32,000 nt of DNA from Candidatus Woesearchaeota archaeon (GTDB taxonomy: Archaea > Nanobdellota > Nanobdellia > Woesearchaeales > DSVV01). Position numbers and translations under genes: made by a program. A model generated the notes under the pieces. That model searched no databases, was not told where the DNA came from, and saw nothing but the letters and a program-made list of their open reading frames with translations. The stretch is taken from positions 206,791 to 238,790 of the forward strand of contig JACPTB010000005.1 of assembly GCA_016192995.1 (NCBI GenBank). Reading direction: 5' to 3'. Below, piece after piece: positions 7,252-14,978 of the stretch; position 1 is the first letter of the stretch, and each line of letters opens with the position of its first letter.

Positions 7252-7323
7252 AGCATCATTCTGAAAACACAAATTTATAAAGATTTTGAAAAAAGCTATA
7301 AAGTAATGAAAAATAATATCATT

Positions 7324-7722
7324 ATGAATAAAATTACCTTTACTTGTTTTGGACATAAAAACATCCTTGGCACTCATAGAAATACTTTAGAATTTACCCA
7401 TGATAAAGAATTGACATTAAAAGGTGATTGTATTATTGGTATAAAGACAAACTATGATATAAAAGCGTTTGAAAAGTTACAACCTAAAAAAATCAAAATC
7501 ATACTACAAGTAGATGATTTAGAAGATGAAATAACTGCAGTATTCCATCAAAAATTTACCCACCATCATGAGATGGTTATAAGAAAAAGCAAGTTCACTG
7601 ATAAAAGAACTTTCGCTATTACCTCAAGCAAGGCTGCAATTGATATCAACAGAAACCTAATCAAAAAAATGCAAAATCCTCAGCAAAAAATGATAGTTAC
7701 TATCAAGGATGAACATGACTAA
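7324..7722 (+). CDS. DUF371 protein
   Basis: MNKITFTCFGHKNILGTHRNTLEFTHDKELTLKGDCIIGIK matches the archaeal DUF371 pattern. Confidence 0.7.
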   Translation: MNKITFTCFGHKNILGTHRNTLEFTHDKELTLKGDCIIGIKTNYDIKAFEKLQPKKIKIILQVDDLEDEITAVFHQKFTHHHEMVIRKSKFTDKRTFAITSSKAAIDINRNLIKKMQNPQQKMIVTIKDEHD

Positions 7723-8167
7723 GCGATTAAGTAATTCTGAAAAAAAGGATATCAATAAATTGCTTGAAAAGCAATTTAATCTTATTGAGTTTATCAAAAA
7801 ACAGGATATTGTTGATAATGATGAGCAAAATAACATTATTGTCAATGGTAAAAAAGTATTTTTTAATTATGAAAAGAATCTTGTTCCAACACTGCGCCTG
7901 CTATTAGAAAAAACAGTGCTTAAAAAAATAACCATTGACATGGGTGCAGTGAGGTTTATCATTAAAGGTGCAGACATTATGCGGCCAGGCATTAGAAAAC
8001 TTGATGAAAACATTGCTAAGGATGAGTTTGTCGTTATTGTTGATGAAACTCATGGGAAACCCTTAGCTGTTGGAAAGATATTATTTTCAGGCGAAGAAGT
8101 TAAAGCAATGAATTCTGGGAAAGTTATTAAGAATATTCATTATATCGGCGATGGGATATGGAAATGA
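7709..8167 (+). CDS. PUA-domain RNA-binding protein (COG2016 / MCT-1-Tma20-like)
   Basis: C-terminal PUA signature GAVRFIIKGADIMRPGI...VIVDETHGKPLAVGK. Size of about 150 aa is typical of the archaeal family. Confidence 0.7.
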   Translation: MNMTKRLSNSEKKDINKLLEKQFNLIEFIKKQDIVDNDEQNNIIVNGKKVFFNYEKNLVPTLRLLLEKTVLKKITIDMGAVRFIIKGADIMRPGIRKLDENIAKDEFVVIVDETHGKPLAVGKILFSGEEVKAMNSGKVIKNIHYIGDGIWK

Positions 8168-8174
8168 GTTGATA

Positions 8175-8303
8175 TTAAGCATTTTTCAGCAAGTAAGCTC
8201 GTGCCGTAATTTCAACTAATGCTCCAAGAGGCAGTTCCGCTACTCCAACCATTGTTCTCGCTGTTTTAGGTATTCCCGATTCAATATATCCTTCGGATTC
8301 AGG
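8175..8303 (-). pseudogene. RidA/YjgF-family C-terminal remnant (about 40 codons), truncated at a repeat-element boundary
   Basis: KTARTMVGVAELPLGALVEITARA matches the conserved RidA C-terminus (PARS-V-V-LP-VEI-A). The N-terminal two thirds are missing. The ORF upstream of 8303 is element sequence. Confidence 0.6.
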
Positions 8304-8431
8304 TAGCGCCAGTTCAGCTTTGAATGTGATTAAATATTGGATTTTTCTCTCTGGCACTCCGAAAAATCCCCATCGTAAGAATAGAAAGGCTTCAGAATAT
8401 AGGCGCTAAAACCCCAGGACTTATTACGTAC
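8301..8431 (+). mobile_element. 5'-truncated, diverged copy of the GTACGTAATAAGTC-class MITE
   Basis: Right terminus gacttattacgtac at 8418-8431 and ggcgctaaaac at 8402-8412. Hairpin module at 8339-8369. Left terminal repeat absent. The right end touches the stop codon of the gene at 8432. Confidence 0.75.
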
Positions 8432-8896
8432 CTATTCAGGAGTATCTTCGCTCTTAACTCTTCTTTCTTTAGGGATATAATTAATAATTTTTTTATCAAT
8501 TAACTTACCGCAGCCAAGATAGTTATCGCCATATTTCATAATAAACATTGTTCTGCCTTCCTGGTCAAGAGATATATCATATCCTTTTACCCATAACGCA
8601 ACAACACCCTTTTTCATCTCAAACACATTTTTGGTTGCGGTTTTACCAACTAATTGCGTTCCTTCAATAGAAAGCCGCAATTCAGTTCCTGACATTTGCC
8701 CAAAATAGAGGCCAAGAGAATTGATGCGAAGCTTGCTGAGATCAACTTCACCAATTTGCCGGTTAATAAGATAAATTCTGTTTTCTGCATTCACAAAAAA
8801 GACATAATCTCCTTCTAAAGAAGCTCCCCATTGTTTTTCAAGAACAGACTGCAATTCTTTTATTTTCTTTTTATTGAGAATCTTAAGATTAAACAT
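8432..8896 (-). CDS. Nip7-like (pre-PUA + PUA) RNA-binding protein
   Basis: Start set at MFNLKILNKKK (ATG 8896) because the track ORF's first 54 codons read through a repeat element. Architecture and size fit archaeal Nip7/COG1374. TATA tttttata (minus strand) at 8918-8925. Confidence 0.5.
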   Translation of the reverse strand: MFNLKILNKKKIKELQSVLEKQWGASLEGDYVFFVNAENRIYLINRQIGEVDLSKLRINSLGLYFGQMSGTELRLSIEGTQLVGKTATKNVFEMKKGVVALWVKGYDISLDQEGRTMFIMKYGDNYLGCGKLIDKKIINYIPKERRVKSEDTPE

Positions 8897-8939
8897 AGCG
8901 ATGAAAACGCTTTCTCCTATAAAAATGTTAATGTTTATG

Positions 8940-9094
8940 GTACGTAATAAGTCTTCTTTAGGTTTTAGCGCCGGTTCAGCTTTTGAAGTGTATTTCGATT
9001 GGATTTTTCTCTCTGGAACTCCGAAAAATCCCCGATAAATATACGAGAGGAGCTTCACAAAAGTAGGCGCTAAAACCCCAGACTTATTACGTAC
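8940..9094 (+). mobile_element. Intact 155-bp hairpin MITE (GTACGTAATAAGTC class) with perfect 8-bp TSD
   Basis: Terminal repeats at 8940-8953 and 9081-9094. Core at 8962-9076. Direct repeat tgtttatg at 8932-8939 and 9095-9102. Confidence 0.85.
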
Positions 9095-9129
9095 TGTTTA
9101 TGTGAAGAAATATTCTTAAAGTTGTTCGA

Positions 9130-9288
9130 TCACTTATACGGGCATCCAGGACATCCTCGATGGCAGCAAGGATCAAGCTTGTAATTAGTAGTATGTTCTA
9201 AGGTTGTTTCTGGGGAATACGTAGATGAATTTGAGGTATAATTACCTGCACATGAACTATAATTTGAAGAAGAACTTGTATAATCCAT
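9130..9288 (-). CDS. Small (52 aa) Ser/Thr/Asn/Tyr-rich peptide with Cys-rich C-terminus (not in ORF track)
   Basis: ATG at 9288 is preceded by GAGGTGAT, 3 nt upstream. Translation is MDYTSSSSNYSSCAGNYTSNSSTYSPETTLEHTTNYKLDPCCHRGCPGCPYK with stop TGA at 9130-9132. The coding stretch is locally GC-richer than its surroundings. Confidence 0.4.
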   Translation of the reverse strand: MDYTSSSSNYSSCAGNYTSNSSTYSPETTLEHTTNYKLDPCCHRGCPGCPYK

Positions 9289-9438
9289 GGTATCACCTCA
9301 TTAATTAATTGATTTCTTGATTTATAAAATTTATCTGAAAACTATGAGAAAAAAGTCACCCCGCTATTTTTACCGAAAGCTTAATAAACATTACTCTTCA
9401 TAAAATATAATTATTATCTTAATTAAAAAGAGGAAACT

Positions 9439-12400
9439 ATGAACAAGCATGATTTGTTCCTTGTTACTATTGTTGGATTAGTTATGTTTATTGGATTTTC
9501 CGCAGCTGTAACAACACCTACTGGATATTATCTTGCTGCTGAAGGTTATAGCCAGCTTACTGTTTCAACTTCAGGTCACGGTTATGTTTCTTCATCTCCT
9601 TCTGGCATTGAATGTGGTTATGCATGTTCTGAAAGCTATAATACAGGAACAGTTATGAGATTAACTGCTAAACCGCAAGGAAATAGCAAATTTCAAGAAT
9701 GGCAGGGTGATTGCACTGGAACAGAACTTATTTGTACACTAACCTTGGATACATCAAAGTCAGTTTCAGCAGTTTTCTCTTCAGAAACTAAAACAGCTTC
9801 TTTACCTGAGCAGGCAGCAACTCAAGCACTTGAGGTAAAAGAACAGGAAATCCTTCCTGAACAAAATTTCATTAAAAAAACACAACCTTCTCCTAAGAAA
9901 ACAGTAACTCCACCAACTACTCTTTCAACAAATTATTATGAAAAAAAATCTGTGTCTTATAAAGAACAATCTTCTTCAACCTTTAAGCTTACCATTAAAA
10001 AAAAAGGTAAAGGGATAGTAACATCATCAGATTACAAAATTTATTGTGGAGACTATTGTAATGGCCAATATCCCTCAAAAGCAACCATCAAGATTCAAGC
10101 CTTTCCCCATGAAGGTTATGTATTTAGTTCTTGGAGTGGTGCTTGTACTGGCAAAGATTCTTGCAATGTAATAATGGATAAACAACAAATAGTAGAAGCA
10201 AATTTTATTGAAGAAAAAATAAGTGATTCATCTCCAGTTCTCACCACAGCTGCTGTTCCTCAACAAAAATCTAAACTCGAACAATCGACAGCGCCTAAAA
10301 TACAGTCTAGTGATAATTCAGAGTATCCTGCTCATCCTACAGCTTGTGATGATTATCCAACCATGCCTGGTTGTCCAGGGGAGGGAACAAATATTGCTCC
10401 GCCATCTCAAGTCACCATTCCTGAAGTAACAATCACTAGTTTTGAACCAAAAAAAGCATACCCTAACAACGTTGTTAATATCAAGGGAAAAAATTTAGGA
10501 TATGTCTCAAAAATATATTTTAATGGAGAGCTGGTTGAAGGCTTTAGTGTCCTGTCAAATGGAGCTGAGCTGCAAACAATTGTTCCACAGGGAGCACAAA
10601 CTGGTCAAATCACTTTAGTTTTAACTTCAGGTGGAGCTGAGTATTCCGAGCAAGATTTCATAGTATGGTCGGGCAAATGCAACAATCCAGATATTACCAA
10701 AGCATTCAAGCAATTAAATAAATGGCCACAAGGGGAAAAAGATCAAGATGATTGTGATGTAAGAAAATATGGTCCTTACTCAAATTATAAAGAGCTCAGG
10801 AATGCAATACGAAAAGTGGTTGGATTTAGCAAATTGCCTGGGCCTAAAATCAATCATTTCAATCCATCAATAGTATTACCAGGTCAGGAAGTATCAATAA
10901 TTGGATCATCTTTAGATATTTATGCAGACGATATACAATTTGATGGAAAGGCAATTCCTTTTAGGCTCATCGATGACGGGGAAGTTAAAATAAAGATTCC
11001 TGAGGGTGCTTTATTTGGAGAACATGAAATAAAAATTGTTTCTGATATTCATGGCAGCGGGAGCGCAAAAATTAAAATCGTTCCATTGCCAGGAATAACT
11101 GATTTTAATCCTAAAAAAGTCTATGTAAATGAAGAAATAACAATATCTGGAGAAAATTTTTATGAGACCGAAGAAATAAGCTTTTATGAAACAACTACTC
11201 AAAAAGAGACGCTTACAAAAAATTTCAGAAAAGAATCTTTAGAATCTTTACAGCAGATAAAAGTCAATGCACCGCAAAACCCAGGATCATATATTATAAC
11301 AGTGAAAGCAAAAAACAGTTATGCTAAGAGTCAAACATTTTTAATAGTTGGAGAAAAACAATCGCCTCCACAAATAACAAACATAGAGCCTGAAGATGGC
11401 AGATTAGGAAACAATGCAATTGTTTATGGCGATAATTTAGTTGGCATTCAGTTAATTACCCTTAACGGATACAGGATACCTGGATATACAGAGGATAAAA
11501 CAGGTAAGACCTTAAAGCTTTGGCTATCATGGGGAATAGACCATGGCGTAATTAAGATTAAGACTGCTGGCGGAGAAGCTCAAGCTGAATTACTATCAAA
11601 CAAAGACCCAGTGACTAAACTGATAACAGGAAAAGAAGAAACTTGTTTTGGCGGAGTTGGTAAAGGATGTTATGGGAGCGAGGATAATAAAGAAGAATGG
11701 AGTTGGGGTTCGCAAAAAATTATTGCTCCCGTAGGGTGCTCAAAAGAAGTTAACGGGCAAAGAAATTGCTGGGTTGTTCCAGGAAGTATTAAACATGATA
11801 ATTGTTGTGCAAGATATCCTTCGGGTAAGATGTGCGGAGGTCCTGGCAACGACGGAAAACCTGCAGGTGAAAGTAATCATAATGGAAAATGTGTTGAAGA
11901 GTGGGATGCAGCATTCTGGGACGTGTTTTGGTGGAGGGCATTCGTAGGAACCTTTGATGCTACAAAATCGACAGACTTAACGCCAAAATCAAGCTCAAGA
12001 TACACTTTAAAAAATGATGAAGGAAATGCTATCATTTCTGAAACAGCAGAAACATTAAGATTATGTGCTCCTGCTGGTCATGAGTTGCGGGAACAATATG
12101 ATGAAGGCTTTTGTTGCTCTGGAAAAGCTGTAAACAAAAAATGTACTGGTGGCAGAGGGGTACAGGCACTGGCCATCGATGATGGTGTAACAAGAACAGA
12201 ACAAGGCGCAGACCTTTCAACAGTGACAATACCTTTAGCCCCAGGAGAAAAGCCAAGACATTTAACATTTGATCTTGAAGTAACTGGCGCATTCTCTGGT
12301 TCTGTCAAAACAGAAGATGGAAAAATAACCAATTGCAGAAATCAAAATGTTTGCAAAGCAACATATCCTAAAAACACCAAAGTTACCTTAATTGCAACAC

Positions 12401-12636
12401 CAGACATGATTGATTATGAAAACTCTGGTTGGTATGGTGATTGTAGTAAGACCCCTAAGACTGAATCATGTAAACTAACCATGGATGCTAATAAAAAAGT
12501 GAATTTAGGATTTTTCAAAGTAGCCAAACCTAATCCTCCTGCTCCGCCAAAAATGGGAACACGTCCTGGTAGAGGCAAAGGAGATTATACTTGTCCAAAA
12601 GGCAGATTAGGATGTGTACAGCGAGTATTAGGTTAA
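9439..12636 (+). CDS. Large secreted/surface protein: signal anchor, three InlB-B-repeat-like domains, four IPT/TIG repeats, and a Cys/Trp-rich domain
   Basis: Hydrophobic N-terminus. Repeats of the G-x-V-S-SP-GI-CG...Y-GT-V-LTA-P-F-W-G-C type at about aa 40-113, 183-257 and 950-1025. IPT/TIG-like units start at ITSFEPKK, INHFNPS, ITDFNPKK and ITNIEPED. Twelve Cys lie between aa 736 and 902. Confidence 0.75.
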   Translation: MNKHDLFLVTIVGLVMFIGFSAAVTTPTGYYLAAEGYSQLTVSTSGHGYVSSSPSGIECGYACSESYNTGTVMRLTAKPQGNSKFQEWQGDCTGTELICTLTLDTSKSVSAVFSSETKTASLPEQAATQALEVKEQEILPEQNFIKKTQPSPKKTVTPPTTLSTNYYEKKSVSYKEQSSSTFKLTIKKKGKGIVTSSDYKIYCGDYCNGQYPSKATIKIQAFPHEGYVFSSWSGACTGKDSCNVIMDKQQIVEANFIEEKISDSSPVLTTAAVPQQKSKLEQSTAPKIQSSDNSEYPAHPTACDDYPTMPGCPGEGTNIAPPSQVTIPEVTITSFEPKKAYPNNVVNIKGKNLGYVSKIYFNGELVEGFSVLSNGAELQTIVPQGAQTGQITLVLTSGGAEYSEQDFIVWSGKCNNPDITKAFKQLNKWPQGEKDQDDCDVRKYGPYSNYKELRNAIRKVVGFSKLPGPKINHFNPSIVLPGQEVSIIGSSLDIYADDIQFDGKAIPFRLIDDGEVKIKIPEGALFGEHEIKIVSDIHGSGSAKIKIVPLPGITDFNPKKVYVNEEITISGENFYETEEISFYETTTQKETLTKNFRKESLESLQQIKVNAPQNPGSYIITVKAKNSYAKSQTFLIVGEKQSPPQITNIEPEDGRLGNNAIVYGDNLVGIQLITLNGYRIPGYTEDKTGKTLKLWLSWGIDHGVIKIKTAGGEAQAELLSNKDPVTKLITGKEETCFGGVGKGCYGSEDNKEEWSWGSQKIIAPVGCSKEVNGQRNCWVVPGSIKHDNCCARYPSGKMCGGPGNDGKPAGESNHNGKCVEEWDAAFWDVFWWRAFVGTFDATKSTDLTPKSSSRYTLKNDEGNAIISETAETLRLCAPAGHELREQYDEGFCCSGKAVNKKCTGGRGVQALAIDDGVTRTEQGADLSTVTIPLAPGEKPRHLTFDLEVTGAFSGSVKTEDGKITNCRNQNVCKATYPKNTKVTLIATPDMIDYENSGWYGDCSKTPKTESCKLTMDANKKVNLGFFKVAKPNPPAPPKMGTRPGRGKGDYTCPKGRLGCVQRVLG

Positions 12637-12659
12637 TGAACAAAAAGAGATGATGTAAC

Positions 12660-13334
12660 ATGGTTGATAGATATGATATTAGTATTGCGATAATGCTGGG
12701 TTTTGTTATAGTCACTGCAATGGTAGCAAGTGTTGGAAATAATGATAATGGAGTTACTGGTTATGCTACAAAATCATTCAGCGAGTGGAAAGATGCATTA
12801 AAAGAACAACGCGATAAGGTTGCACAACAAAGAGTTCCAAAACAAAAATCTGATATTGAAGAAGCTTATGAAAAAATGCGCAAGGCTAAAACAGCAGGTA
12901 AAGATAAATCCTTTCTTGCATCAGATAATGCATTAATAGAAAAAAAACAGAGTAAAAAAAGTAAATATGGTATGTTAGATAATAAGCTTGTTGGGTCATG
13001 GCGTCCGTTTTCAGAAGCAATTTTCTATGATAATGGCGGTAATAATTGGATAACACCAGTTTCAAGACGAATAGAACTATCATCTGATGGAACATGGAAT
13101 TTTGGAACTTCAACGGGAACATGGAGTGTTGCACCGATAACTAACAGTGATTGGAGTGTTTGGAAAATATCATCGTATGGTCCTACTCGAAAAATAATTT
13201 TAGACGGTTGGAATAAAGGAATTAGTTCAGGTCCTATTGAAGAATCAGGCGCAAACATTGATTTTTTTTGGGTAATCTATCATAGCGATATGTCAATGGG
13301 TCCTGCAACAATCCAGATGAAATTTGGGCATTGA
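12660..13334 (+). CDS. Hypothetical membrane-anchored protein
   Basis: N-terminal hydrophobic helix (ISIAIMLGFVIVTAMVASV). Co-directional with the surface protein and 23 nt downstream of it. No family recognised. Confidence 0.5.
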   Translation: MVDRYDISIAIMLGFVIVTAMVASVGNNDNGVTGYATKSFSEWKDALKEQRDKVAQQRVPKQKSDIEEAYEKMRKAKTAGKDKSFLASDNALIEKKQSKKSKYGMLDNKLVGSWRPFSEAIFYDNGGNNWITPVSRRIELSSDGTWNFGTSTGTWSVAPITNSDWSVWKISSYGPTRKIILDGWNKGISSGPIEESGANIDFFWVIYHSDMSMGPATIQMKFGH

Positions 13335-13353
13335 ATATAATCATCCTCTTTAC

Positions 13354-13486
13354 GGCTCTGGTGAAAATCTCGGCATAGCCTCGGTTTTGGCATCAGTTCG
13401 GCTTTTGATGTATTTATTTTATTGGATTTTTCTCTCTGGCACTCCGAAAAATCCTCACTTATGAAATTAAAGAGCCTCACAAAAAG
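13354..13486 (+). mobile_element. 3'-truncated hybrid MITE copy (GGCTCTGGTGAAAAT left end plus hairpin module)
   Basis: ggctctggtgaaaat at 13354-13368, followed by ctcggcatagcctcggttttgg as in the element at 24087. Hairpin module at 13424-13454. Right arm ends in agagcctcacaaaaag. No right terminal repeat. Overlaps the last two codons and stop of the gene at 13477. Confidence 0.7.
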
Positions 13487-13686
13487 ATGATCAATCCAAG
13501 AAGAAAAGGCAATGATAATCCTAGTGAGGCTAACATTTTAAGCTGGAATGAATATGCAACTGTTTGTTCTGTGAGCCATATTGTTAAAAGCAAAGAAATA
13601 AAACTCACAGCAATTATACCTATATAAGTTAGATTATGTTGGGCATCAATCTCTAAAATAGTTTTTTCCTTCTCAAACTCATACAT
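13477..13686 (-). CDS. Small two-helix membrane protein
   Basis: Start taken at MYEFEKEK (ATG 13686), which overlaps the upstream stop (ATGTATGA coupling). Two hydrophobic helices. Confidence 0.45.
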   Translation of the reverse strand: MYEFEKEKTILEIDAQHNLTYIGIIAVSFISLLLTIWLTEQTVAYSFQLKMLASLGLSLPFLLGLIIFL

Positions 13687-13897
13687 CTTTTGTCCCCTCA
13701 AATGCATATATTAATCCAAGGCAACCAAATATAATTCCCCCTATGTAAAGCAGATCAAATGATTGTTTTACAAAGTAAATTGCTATAAGCGCAAAGCCGG
13801 TAAATATCGCAATCGTTGCAAATCGTTGTTGATAAAGATTATTCTTAAACGGCCACATGTTATACGTTTGATCTTTGAGATTTATAATGTTTTTCAT
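13679..13897 (-). CDS. Small two-helix membrane protein
   Basis: 72 aa with two hydrophobic segments. Translationally coupled to the next small gene. Confidence 0.45.
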   Translation of the reverse strand: MKNIINLKDQTYNMWPFKNNLYQQRFATIAIFTGFALIAIYFVKQSFDLLYIGGIIFGCLGLIYAFEGTKDV

Positions 13898-14130
13898 AGA
13901 ACTTATGTTTCTTTTATCATTTATATATCTTATGAGAAAAAAAGATAAAGATTTTTGGTGGAATCGGAAATCCTTACTTATTATTTGAAAACAATATTTA
14001 AACCAAACTTAATTTTCCGAAATATTTTTGGTTTATTCGGAAATTTATTCCAACATTTTCTTTACTTTTTTCTTATTTAACAATCTTAACTTAAGCATGT
14101 TGTGGGATAATAGTTTCCTCTATAAAAATG

Positions 14131-14871
14131 TTAATGTTTATTCCACAATTTCATGAAGAACTCTCTATATCTTTTTGCCATTCTTTTCGATTCAATTTCA
14201 AAACCAATAGCGGCAGGTTCCCATAACGTGATAATGATCCGGTTCACGCCAATTCCTATCGCATGCGGAAAAGGCAAATTTATGAATTTTAAACGGATAT
14301 TTTTTCTTTCTTTAAACATAGCAAGATATTTTTGTTTTGTTGAAATGTCTGCAATACCTAGCGTTGATATTTTTCTGTCTTCTCGTTTGGCATGAAGGTT
14401 TTGAAAGAATAACGCTAAAGCATCTAAATCAACAGTTGGTGCTCCTATAAAATAGAAATATTCTTTTTTTGGAAGTTCTTCTAAAATATTTTGAAATGCC
14501 GTAACGATGCTTTTTGTTCCATGATATATTTTTGCCGATTCTTCATCATGTGTACCAAGCAATCCTTGCAATTCTTTAACCAGCACTTGAGCTTCTTTTT
14601 TGTTTTTTTCCAATGCTTGTTCTTGCTCAGCTATATACTCCATAATATTAACTGGATTAGTCGGATGAAACTTTTTGACATTGTTTTCAATAGTATAGGT
14701 AACAAACCCTTTCTGTATCAGTCTATCTAATATGAGGTAAATTTTTGAGCTTGAAATACCGCATTTTTCCATTATTGGTCCTGTTGAAGCTGTTCCTAAT
14801 TTGATTACTGATTCATACACACGTATTTCTCCTTCAGTAAGTCCTATCTTCCGCAGGATTTCTTTATTCAT
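14131..14871 (-). CDS. TrmB-family transcriptional regulator
   Basis: N-terminal wHTH LTEGEIRVYESVIKLGTASTGPIMEKCGISSSKIYLILDRLIQKGFV. Length and C-terminal domain are consistent with TrmB. Confidence 0.8.
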   Translation of the reverse strand: MNKEILRKIGLTEGEIRVYESVIKLGTASTGPIMEKCGISSSKIYLILDRLIQKGFVTYTIENNVKKFHPTNPVNIMEYIAEQEQALEKNKKEAQVLVKELQGLLGTHDEESAKIYHGTKSIVTAFQNILEELPKKEYFYFIGAPTVDLDALALFFQNLHAKREDRKISTLGIADISTKQKYLAMFKERKNIRLKFINLPFPHAIGIGVNRIIITLWEPAAIGFEIESKRMAKRYREFFMKLWNKH

Positions 14872-14978
14872 TACTGATAGATTGATTCTGTTCTTTTTAA
14901 ATCTTATTATTACTACGCACTTAGGGGGAGAGAATAAAGAAATAGGACTGGTTTATACTTTATTAGGGGATTTATACT

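Noticed and set aside
8897-9058. N-terminal extensions of track ORFs 8432-9058, 24171-24770 and 6655-7377.
   Set aside because: The first two extensions read through MITE sequence. The third overlaps the divergent DUF371 gene. Internal Met codons with TATA elements give family-typical lengths.
335-9076. Possible CRISPR array, because repeat units begin with GTTTTAGCGCC.
   Set aside because: Copies are about 115-155 bp long and irregularly spaced, kilobases apart. Each is an internally self-complementary hairpin, several have target-site duplications, and no cas genes are present. This fits transposable hairpin elements, not a repeat-spacer array.
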